Assembly (NCBI GenBank): GCA_002506825.1
Contig: DAYH01000031.1
Location: 84,049 to 148,048, forward strand
DNA from: Euryarchaeota archaeon UBA103
GTDB taxonomy: Archaea; Thermoplasmatota; Poseidoniia; Poseidoniales; Thalassarchaeaceae
DNA length: 64,000 nt
Direction: 5' to 3'
The notes beneath the pieces are model-generated. The model saw only the letters and a program-made list of their open reading frames with translations, was not told where the DNA came from and searched no databases. Position 1 is the stretch's first letter. Each line of letters opens with the position of its first letter. Below, piece after piece: positions 46,934-56,000 of this stretch. Made by a program: the position numbers and the translations under genes.

Positions 46934-48295
46934 GTGTTTGGGGATACAGTGTCGGTTTCACCTCTAGACTACAGATATGGACGAGAAGAGGCCAAAGCTA
47001 TTTGGTCGAGAGAGGGACGTCATTCTAGGCAATTGGAAGTCGAGAGGGCACTTGTATGGGCTCATTGTAAGATGGGCAGAGTTAGTGCTGAGCACTACGA
47101 TATCGTTGCAGATATATCCGATCCCGGAATAGTCACTGCCGACAGGGTAGAGGAAATAGAGGCTGAGACCAAACATGATATCATGGCACTTACCAAGGCT
47201 ATGGCTGAGGCTGCAGGAGAAGCAGGTTGGTGCATTCACCTAGGTGCGACCAGTAATGACATAGTTGACTCTGCAGTTGCCTTGCAGATAAAAGATAGCG
47301 TAGATTTGCAACTATCCTCATTGAAATCTCTCATGGGTACGCTGTGCGATATAGCTGTGAGGGAAAGGGACACTATTATGATAGGGAGAACTCATGGTCA
47401 GGCCGCTGTACCAATAACCTTCGGAATCAAAGTTGCAGTATGGGTGGATGAGTTCAGGAGGCACTTGGAGAGGCTTGAGTCGATGAAGTCGAGAATAATC
47501 GTTGGCAAGTTCTTGGGAGCGGTTGGAACCGGGGCAGCCCAAGGGGAGAATGCTCTGGAATTGCAGAGTCTTATCCTAGGAGAGTTAGGCCTAGAAGTTC
47601 CAGTAGCTACTACACAGGTCGTTGGAAGGGATCGCTACATTGAGTGGGTAGGATGGATGGCTAACGTATCGACTACGGTTGAAAAGATACTCCAAGAGGT
47701 CAGGAACCTCCAAAGAAGCGAGATTGCTGAGGTTGCTGAGGCATTTGATGTAGAAAAGCAGGTTGGATCTTCGACCATGGCTCACAAAAGGAATCCAATT
47801 ACAGCTGAGAATGCATGTGGACTGGCTCGAATCGTCAGATCAATGATAATACCATCCTATGAGAATGCTCTACTTTGGCATGAAAGGGATCTCGCAAACT
47901 CCTCATCCGAAAGATTCACACTTTCTCATTCCATGATTTTGCTTGATGATATCATTGCGAAATGCGATAGGGTAATGTCAAGGCTAGTAGTAGACAGAGA
48001 TAGGATGATGCATAATATTGACTCACAGAAGGGACTAGTAATGGCTGAGAAGGTCATGTTGTCATTAGTGGATAGTGGAATGCCTAGGGACGAGGCGCAT
48101 GAGGTCCTCAGAGGTTGCTCAATGGAGGCATTGAAATCGGGGGCGCATCTGAAGGACGTGTGTTCGGAGAATGAAGAAATTAATTCTGTCTTCGACGGAG
48201 AAGAGTTGGATTATCTATTCTCTCCTGAGAGTCATCTAGGTGTTTCGGGGGAAATCGTAGACAACGCGGTTTCTATTGCGCGGAAACTCATTTAG
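46934..48295 (+). CDS. purB: Adenylosuccinate lyase
   Basis: 453 aa; SPLDYRYG N-terminus and fumarate-lyase signature; apparent GTG start. Confidence 0.85.
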   Translation: MFGDTVSVSPLDYRYGREEAKAIWSREGRHSRQLEVERALVWAHCKMGRVSAEHYDIVADISDPGIVTADRVEEIEAETKHDIMALTKAMAEAAGEAGWCIHLGATSNDIVDSAVALQIKDSVDLQLSSLKSLMGTLCDIAVRERDTIMIGRTHGQAAVPITFGIKVAVWVDEFRRHLERLESMKSRIIVGKFLGAVGTGAAQGENALELQSLILGELGLEVPVATTQVVGRDRYIEWVGWMANVSTTVEKILQEVRNLQRSEIAEVAEAFDVEKQVGSSTMAHKRNPITAENACGLARIVRSMIIPSYENALLWHERDLANSSSERFTLSHSMILLDDIIAKCDRVMSRLVVDRDRMMHNIDSQKGLVMAEKVMLSLVDSGMPRDEAHEVLRGCSMEALKSGAHLKDVCSENEEINSVFDGEELDYLFSPESHLGVSGEIVDNAVSIARKLI

Positions 48296-48326
48296 GAAAA
48301 TGCATCTTTTTATGCTGGGCGATAGA

Positions 48327-48605
48327 TTAGTCACCCAATAATCTGAACCTCGATTGCAATATAGATGCTACAAGCAGTAATGCGATGGCCCCTGCAGAGA
48401 GCATTGGATCAATCATGGCCAAACCAAGGACAGACCCTGTTATGACTGAGACGATTCCAAGCAACACAATCATTGCATGTGGGCCGTACTGATTGGCATC
48501 ATCGAGGGCAACGTTAAGGAAGCCGTCTTCTATTATTGAGGATATTAGGCCGTCTTCAGAGTCTCGGAAATCGGGCGCCTCTCGCCTGGGTATTCGCTCA
48601 TTCAT
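48327..48605 (-). CDS. Small hypothetical membrane protein
   Basis: 92 aa; two predicted TM helices. Confidence 0.4.
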   Translation of the reverse strand: MNERIPRREAPDFRDSEDGLISSIIEDGFLNVALDDANQYGPHAMIVLLGIVSVITGSVLGLAMIDPMLSAGAIALLLVASILQSRFRLLGD

Positions 48606-48694
48606 GGGACTCTCGGATACCTGACGAGGAAGGAGATTGATTATATTTCTCTGAAAAATACCTCAGTAATCCTCTTTGACTATGTCACATACGG

Positions 48695-49285
48695 TTGTTC
48701 ATGATTGACTTTGAGGGACGGGCAATGCATGTTTCCGCGTCACCCGGAGCGGGCAAAACGACTCTTTGTCTTGGCATCGCATCTGATATAATACTCAATG
48801 GCGGAAGGGTAATCTGGGCCTGCAGAAATATTCCTGATGCAGATAGATTCAGAGAAATTCTCTATAAAATTGATCAATCCGGACTTGGAAGAATTTCGAT
48901 TTTAAATTTCTCGTCAAGCCTAGCGGGAGAATTAGATATCATAATCAAAAAGGCAGGGGACTTTGGAAGAAGGGATATTGTGATTGTGGACGATTGGTGC
49001 GAAAATCACGGCAGGGCAAAGAAGCAGGACGTCTCGGCTGCAAAGAAGCTGTCGATGTTAATCCAGAGTACAAATATCATAATTACCTCCTCTTCATACG
49101 AAGATGCTTCGGGGTCTTCTGACAATGTTTGGCTGACGAGGGGAGGCAGTAGTATCAAAGATTCATATGTGACGGTTTTGCTGCTTAAGCATCATATTAA
49201 GCAGGGATTAAGGAGTATTTCATGGGAGGGCAATGAGAAGCTAGCCAGGATGACTTCTAAGGGGCTTGAGGAAATAGTTAGTTGA
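48695..49285 (+). CDS. KaiC/RadB-like single-domain RecA-superfamily ATPase
   Basis: 196 aa; Walker A SPGAGKTTL, Walker B IVIVDDW. Confidence 0.65.
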   Translation: MFMIDFEGRAMHVSASPGAGKTTLCLGIASDIILNGGRVIWACRNIPDADRFREILYKIDQSGLGRISILNFSSSLAGELDIIIKKAGDFGRRDIVIVDDWCENHGRAKKQDVSAAKKLSMLIQSTNIIITSSSYEDASGSSDNVWLTRGGSSIKDSYVTVLLLKHHIKQGLRSISWEGNEKLARMTSKGLEEIVS

Positions 49286-49478
49286 GCTTAGAGATTAGTT
49301 CTTCCATCTCTGATATGGCCTCATCTGATGGAAGGTAGAGTTCCTCCGGGGATCTGGCTAATCCTGAATATTTGGGCTTCTCAATTTTAGAATATGATGT
49401 GATATTACGAACTAAGAAATATAGTAGAATAATTGCAGTTGCTATGAGGACCGTCTGGATTACTACTTCAGTGTCCAT
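49278..49478 (-). CDS. Small hypothetical single-TM protein
   Basis: 66 aa; one TM helix then acidic tail. Confidence 0.35.
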   Translation of the reverse strand: MDTEVVIQTVLIATAIILLYFLVRNITSYSKIEKPKYSGLARSPEELYLPSDEAISEMEELISKLN

Positions 49479-49512
49479 GTCTGTCTGACAATAATATCAG
49501 ATAAATACCCAC

Positions 49513-50766
49513 CTAAGCTGGAATACCATGTTCCAATGGCATTGAAAGATGCCTTCTTTGAGATGGGGGCGGCTGAGTCCAACCGTCGAAGGTAATAGTG
49601 ACATCGGGCGACCATTCTTCCGAAAGCCAATATTTTGGGGTTTTTCTCTTACATTTATCGCATGAGAGATCTTGATTTCTCCCCTTACTTCTCATAGTCT
49701 TCCCACAACATGTCGGCCTAGAAGTGATTCTAGGGGACGCTGAGACTATCTTCAATTTTTCAAGGTGAATTGATTCGTCTGGCGACCTAAGGCCCATCCA
49801 AGAAACTAAATCGCCTGGAGAGAGTTGTCTAAGGAGTCTATTTACAGGCCCTCCTTCACTGAAGGCAACCAGGGTCTCCCCGGACCCTTCTGAAATTACC
49901 CTTAGGCTGGCGTGGGCCCCCTTTGTCACACTAGGTTCAGAAATTACTGTGCCTCTTGATGGTCCGGAAAGGTGATCGTCGGAGAGTTGGTTGGACAAGT
50001 GGGACGCCCATAAATCACACTTCTCATTAGAGGCAATATCTTGCAACCATGAATGAGCAGCTTCGATTGCTTCTTGATTCGCTCCCCGTATGCCGTAAAG
50101 CACTGGACAAGGAGTCCTAGGAGCGATAATTCCCTTATCGACAGTTGGATCTCTATTCAGGAATGTGTCAGGGAATAATTCAGACAGCTTCATCACAGAG
50201 TTCTTGGAAACTATTCTTTTTGAGCCGATTAGTTCTGTCTTTCTCCATGCGACGAGCTCCCATGAGTGATTTCTTGGAGGTCTCCAAGAGATCGCAGCAC
50301 TTGCCCCTATAATTCCCCATTTGTTGGGATGAGATAGTACTGTGATTCCAGAGGCTGTTACTTCTTCTTCTCTGTGTTCGAGTCTAACTTGGCCCCTGAC
50401 TGCTTCCCAATACCATTTCTCAGGCACCTTTCCGAAAGAAATCAAGAGAGCGGGAGATGGTGAGTTTTGATCATCGGGAAGATTGGAAATGTCTGACATA
50501 AGCTCGTCGAACCATGCGGAGCATGTGAACATGAACTCCTCTTTTGAGGTGCTGGGAATATCTAATCTAGCCGATAAAGCGCCATTGCCCCTAGTTCTCC
50601 TCGCTGCGTATGGCCAGAGACGTACGAGCATTCTTTCTCGGACAATAACTCCTTCGATTTTTGATAGCTCCTTCAGCAACGAGTCGAATGAATAAGTTGT
50701 GCATCCTGAATCTGGGTGATCGGTGTCATCTAGGCCTATTCTGACGACCATGGATTCTTTTTTCAT
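49513..50766 (-). CDS. tiaS: tRNA(Ile2) 2-agmatinylcytidine synthetase TiaS
   Basis: 417 aa; N-terminal RIGLDDTDHPDSGCTTY, characteristic of TiaS; C-terminal zinc ribbon CCGK...CDKCKRK. Confidence 0.8.
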   Translation of the reverse strand: MKKESMVVRIGLDDTDHPDSGCTTYSFDSLLKELSKIEGVIVRERMLVRLWPYAARRTRGNGALSARLDIPSTSKEEFMFTCSAWFDELMSDISNLPDDQNSPSPALLISFGKVPEKWYWEAVRGQVRLEHREEEVTASGITVLSHPNKWGIIGASAAISWRPPRNHSWELVAWRKTELIGSKRIVSKNSVMKLSELFPDTFLNRDPTVDKGIIAPRTPCPVLYGIRGANQEAIEAAHSWLQDIASNEKCDLWASHLSNQLSDDHLSGPSRGTVISEPSVTKGAHASLRVISEGSGETLVAFSEGGPVNRLLRQLSPGDLVSWMGLRSPDESIHLEKLKIVSASPRITSRPTCCGKTMRSKGRNQDLSCDKCKRKTPKYWLSEEWSPDVTITFDGWTQPPPSQRRHLSMPLEHGIPA

Positions 50767-51419
50767 TTTCTACTCACCAGTATTTCAGTGATTACATCAC
50801 TCAATCCCTTATCTGGATGACATCTAAATCCCCTAACGCCGTGGGATTTTGCGGCTTCCATGTCTACGTTCCTGTCGCCGACCATGACAGAGGATGATTC
50901 GGAGGGACGGGGATTCCAATCTTCTCCAAATTTTATGTCTCCCTCGGCTAGTATAATTCCCGATTCAGCGGCATCAATTATCTGTCTGCCCGCTTCAAGC
51001 ATACCTGGATTGGGCTTCCTAGCCCATGAGTTGTGCCATGGTGCGTAGGGGCTATGTAAGGTCAAATCTAGGATAGCATCATTATCTGCTGATGATATCT
51101 CTGAGCGTACCCTGTCATGTATTAGAGCGAGATTGTCCCTAGTCCAGATTCCCCTGCCTACGGGAGACTGGTTTGTGACAATACATATCCTAAATCCTTG
51201 TCTTCTCAGATCTCCGATTGCCTTGGGCGCCCCATTTAGCACTTCGACCTCGTCTGGAGAGTTGACGTAGTCTTCAAACCCCCTGATTATGACTCCGTCC
51301 CTGTCCAGATATGCTATCTTACCTTGCCAATCCCCTTTTATCGGCAATGGTTGCAATTTTAATGGAGAGTGCAGACTTTCCCTATCCCTCATCGGTGGGA
51401 ACATATTATCACTACTCAC
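50763..51419 (-). CDS. HAD-IIIA phosphatase, GmhB-like (D,D-heptose 1,7-bisphosphate phosphatase family)
   Basis: 218 aa; LDRDGVI HAD motif I and IIIA-type spacing. Confidence 0.65.
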   Translation of the reverse strand: MSSDNMFPPMRDRESLHSPLKLQPLPIKGDWQGKIAYLDRDGVIIRGFEDYVNSPDEVEVLNGAPKAIGDLRRQGFRICIVTNQSPVGRGIWTRDNLALIHDRVRSEISSADNDAILDLTLHSPYAPWHNSWARKPNPGMLEAGRQIIDAAESGIILAEGDIKFGEDWNPRPSESSSVMVGDRNVDMEAAKSHGVRGFRCHPDKGLSDVITEILVSRK

Positions 51420-51978
51420 GGTTTGATTTTACGGCCTCTTTGATGATATGGTTAATCACCAATTGAACGTCCTCGATTCTTTCCATTGAAGTACTGGGAA
51501 CTACAATAGCCAAATCTACTAAATTTACTATTTTTCCCCCTCCCATTCCATTATAGTTACCAGTAATTGCTACAGTTGTACACCCGACTTCTCTGGCATA
51601 GGCTACACCGTTGATTACATTCTCAGAATTTCCTGAGCCGGAATATGCTATGAGTAAATCGCCACTCTCCGCGAATGTAGAAAGCTGTCCTACGAATACT
51701 TGTGAATAGCCCTCATCGTTTGCCCATGCAGAGAAAGAAGACGTATTGTCAGTGTGGGACATGGTCTTCAGACCCAGTTCCTTCGACCAATCACCGGCAC
51801 TATGAGAAGGAGTGGCGGCGCTTCCTCCGTTTCCTATGAAATGAACTGTTGCTCCTTCATTGGAAGCCTTCAATACCATCGAATAAAGCTTCGAAATATC
51901 TGCAATTGGCAAATTTTCCAGAGTCTTCTTCAGATCGTCCAGATAGTTGTTTGTAAACTCGGCGAAGTCGCTAGCCAT
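51412..51978 (-). CDS. SIS-domain phosphoheptose isomerase-like protein (GmhA/DiaA family)
   Basis: 188 aa; SIS signature VHFIGNGGSAATPSH. Confidence 0.7.
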   Translation of the reverse strand: MASDFAEFTNNYLDDLKKTLENLPIADISKLYSMVLKASNEGATVHFIGNGGSAATPSHSAGDWSKELGLKTMSHTDNTSSFSAWANDEGYSQVFVGQLSTFAESGDLLIAYSGSGNSENVINGVAYAREVGCTTVAITGNYNGMGGGKIVNLVDLAIVVPSTSMERIEDVQLVINHIIKEAVKSNRE

Positions 51979-52038
51979 GTGATTACCCGGCTATCGGTTG
52001 AGGGCATCATATTTACGGGTTGATGGCTCGTTAACACC

Positions 52039-53025
52039 ATGGAAGACCCAATCGTGGCCTTAGTGGGTGGCTTCGCGGGCGCTGTGGGAGTGCCAGAATT
52101 CTCGCTCTGGCTATCTTTCTGCTGGGTTGGCGCATTATCCCTTGGATTCTCGTTCCATCGGGGAGATTCCTCCCTAGCTGCTTACTCTGCGGCGCTTGGA
52201 TGGTCGTTACTTGGGCTATTTTTCTACATGCAATCAGGGTACTTCGTAGAGATCGAGGATCCGTTACTAGTCCTGATGACGGCTGGGGCGCTTCCAGCTG
52301 GCATCGCACTAGGGATATGGGAGGTAAAGAACTGGGAGCTTGAGAACGAGTCCCTAATATGGCTCAGAGGAGCGGTAGCTTGGTCGGTGATTCCATACTA
52401 TGCTGTTTACAGCATACCCGTTCTGAATATGCAGTTTGTAGAGATGACCGCGCATAGTACGGAGTGGTTATTGGAATTCTGTGGCTTGGGGTCGTTTGAA
52501 GTTGGGGAAATAATGGTTGATCTGCCTGGGGGGGTGGTCGCGGCTTCCCAATGGGAGGGTAGCAGATATTTTCTGACAGAACCTCTTGGTGACAAGGGAT
52601 TTTTTGCCCCCTTCAATTACTCGGATGGGACTCCAGTAAGTGTTAGTTTCATACTGGCGTGCTCAGCTTTGCAATCAATGATTATATTTGTAGGAGCGAT
52701 TGTAGCACTGAGAGGGGTTTCTTGGAGGCGTAAGACCAGAGGGCTACTGATTGCATTGCCTACAATACATGTACTCAATGTATTCAGAAATGCCGGAATT
52801 GTGTGGCTTAGTGATACTTATTCAAGCTGGTCGCTATTTCCCGGATCTGATATCGATATGTTTGATTTCACGCATAGTTATGTTGCCAAGGCGGCTAGTC
52901 TGTTCGCAATGTTCCTACTGGCTACAGCACTTTTCGATCTTCTCCCTGAGTTGCATCGGCACATTGTAAGAATCTCTAAGCCGGTTACCAAGATATTCAC
53001 CAAAACTAGCACTGGGTCATCTTGA
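52039..53025 (+). CDS. Archaeosortase/exosortase-family polytopic membrane protein
   Basis: 328 aa; about 8 TM; candidate active-site Cys in ILACSALQSM and N-x-x-R motif (HVLNVFRNAG) followed by a His-containing segment, as in the EpsH/ArtA family. Confidence 0.55.
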   Translation: MEDPIVALVGGFAGAVGVPEFSLWLSFCWVGALSLGFSFHRGDSSLAAYSAALGWSLLGLFFYMQSGYFVEIEDPLLVLMTAGALPAGIALGIWEVKNWELENESLIWLRGAVAWSVIPYYAVYSIPVLNMQFVEMTAHSTEWLLEFCGLGSFEVGEIMVDLPGGVVAASQWEGSRYFLTEPLGDKGFFAPFNYSDGTPVSVSFILACSALQSMIIFVGAIVALRGVSWRRKTRGLLIALPTIHVLNVFRNAGIVWLSDTYSSWSLFPGSDIDMFDFTHSYVAKAASLFAMFLLATALFDLLPELHRHIVRISKPVTKIFTKTSTGSS

Positions 53026-56000
53026 TCTTAATTTCTCATACAGATCGCCAGTCAGGGGCATTTGATGCTCCCATGCAAATTCCTTCATTACTCTGAGGGC
53101 CTCCTTCTCGAGCTCTGAATCGCCTACGAAGTCCGTAACATCAATTGTAGAGTTTCTAGTATTAGCCTTGAACGCAGCTATGGGCTCTTCCTTGTGGAAA
53201 ACTAGGTATGCTGAGCCAAATCCAAATCTTTCCCTGAGAATTCCTCCAAAGTAGTGAATCAGCGGATCCGAAGGTGGTATTACCAAATCCCTGGTTTTTG
53301 GAATTGCTTTGGAATCTAATATTTCCTTCCTTCCCCAGCTAATATCTTGCTGATCATCCACGAGGAATCCTTTGATCAGCGTCTCATCCTCTTCGAATTC
53401 ATGAAGAACGTCACTAATCTCTTCGGGAGAGAATGGCGTACCTGCTAGCCTCTCCAGTTGCTTCATCGAAATTACCGGGTATTCCTCCACTAGTTCCCTT
53501 AGGTATTGCCTTTTTATGGACCATAAATCGGAACTCTTGAGCGCCTCGACAGTCTTGAATCCTCCTCTGTAGTCTTGGACTAGATGACCACTTCTAACTA
53601 GGGGCGAGATAAGCTTTCTGAATTCGGCTCTCCGCATGGCTAGCCTCTCCATGAACACTGAGGGGTCGTTGTGGTTCCTGAAGAATTCCAAGACGCCGAA
53701 GTCATCTTCATTTGCAGGGGCGTTTCTGATTGCAAGAAGCCTTTGGAAGTGTGGTAGTCTGGCCCATACTTGGTGCCCCCTCAGATTAGTACCCTGGTGG
53801 AGTTGTTCTGTCGCTGCCATTGACTGTAGATCAACTCTGAACATTTCACATCGGCCTCTCAGTGCGAAGTCGTCCCTCAGCTCATCAATCTCCTTCAGAG
53901 CATAGGTCTCGTTCTCCCATCTGCTTATTTGATGTATGTTATGTGTATGGAATAGAAGTCTGTTAACCTCATTTCTCGGTCTTGGCTCTACGATTCCTCC
54001 TCGAATATATCTCTCTCCGTCTCCCATCGATATGAAGCCGAGCTCTGATAGGATTCCTTGGATATTATCGTCACAGTCGTGAACGGGAACGCCATTGAAA
54101 GAGTGCATTACAGATACGTCTACTAATCTGTCACGATAGTTATCCAGAAGCTCGTTGAATGTCTCCTTGAACTCATCCAAGTACGAATGAGGGATATTCA
54201 CATCCTTAATCTCCAGATAGTCATTGACTACGAACATCAGGATTCTGCCAATTGGGTCTACTCCTTTGAAGACGGGATGGTACCAACCCTGTTTCAGTAT
54301 CATCCTTACTTCTTGGATGAATCGACTGCAAAATGGATCAGATTGTGCTAGAATACGCATCTTCCTGTCCTCGGATAGCGGAGAGAGTAGCTTCTCCGCG
54401 TCCCCATGGGACGAGTAGTAATCAGTAGGGTCCGGTTGAAGAGCCACGACCCTGCAGATTGTACCTTCAGTTTCCAATTCCCTAAGAACCTCGGCTAGTT
54501 CTTCCACGGGCCTACTGACGAAGAATCTGAGCGTATGCAGTCTAACTGGCCCTATTTTTGATATTAATTGAGCCAGGGCTTCTGGGAAGTCAAGTGGTTT
54601 GACAACACCATGAATTCTCCTGAAGAGGGCTATTGACCTCTTTCTATTGGGGACATCCAAGTACTGCTTGGCGACGACTAGTTGGCGCTCTAAGTTGGAA
54701 ATCGCCCTCTTGATGCTCTTCTGAATGTGTTGATTTTCCTTGCCTCTCGGATATTCTGAAAGAAGTTCCGTCCTTGTTATTCCTTCTTCGGGTATTTTCT
54801 CCAGTATTTCTTCTTCTAGGGAACCAATCCAAGGCTCTGAACGAAGTCCCAGAAGCATTGGTATCTGATCAAGAGTTGTGTACCCGACTCGGTTATGGAG
54901 TAGTCTGCCATTATAGACGTCTGAGTCATGTTTGAAGTCCTTCCAATCTCTGAATCTGAAGTTCTTGACTCTGTGAAGTAGTTCATCCCGTCTCTGAATC
55001 AGGGCTAGTGATTTGATCGCCTCAGAAGGTTCTGAGAACTCCGTGAAGGATTTCTGAAGAAGAAGTGTCTGAAGTGTACGATAGTCCACTACCTCGACAC
55101 TGCCCCCTGTTATTCGGTATTCGTCGACCCTGAGAATAAACTCCCCCTCGTCTGTTTGAGTGAAGAAACCTATCGAGACTAAGTTCCTCATCTCTAATTC
55201 CTGAAGAACTGATTCTACTTGACCGAGAGGGAAAGGTAGTCTATCGCTGAGTTGATCCAGGGTCTGGGGGCCTTCGGAGCCAAGCATGTCCAGTAGCTTC
55301 AGTCTGAGACAGTCCAATGGGTCTGAAAGACTCGAAGAAACCCACTTTTCAGGGGTTGCCCCAGTGAAGCCCTCCGCAATCTCATAGTTCAAACCTCCAG
55401 TATACAGGGCGCGTAGATCTTCCATCTCTGACGCTCCGGCAACAGCAAGACAGCCAAGAGTCCCATGAACTCCTGCCATCCTCATAGAGAACCACTTATC
55501 GTCGATTTGCTCGTGATTTGTATTCCTGACCTTGGTAATTAATCCCCTTTCAGCTAATTCATGTACCCATTCCCTAATCACTGGGATATCTATTTCGCTC
55601 AGTTTAGAGTTGTAGAGCGGATTAGTGAGGCCGCGCTCTAGGCCTCCTCCCATGTCCATCAGTCTGAGGAGATCAATAGCATTCTTTGGAGTAGCTACCT
55701 TTGACTGATAGTATTCAGATATCATCTGCTTGTCGAGATCGGTGGCTAGTGACCTGGCCCCCAATAGGCGTCTGAGAATCTCCGGATCTACGTCTTTGAT
55801 TAGGTAAGCTCTAGTTCTGAGACTGAGAAGATCTTCGAATGCAGACATGAATAGGGTCATTCCGAGAGGCGAGGGCATTTTCACTCGCCTGTGTACAATT
55901 CTGACATCCTCGCTATCCATCCTAGAAATGAAGTTACGTAATTGCTCCATATCCAAATCGCCATTGAGAATCTCACTCATCGCCTCTCTAATTATCACTG

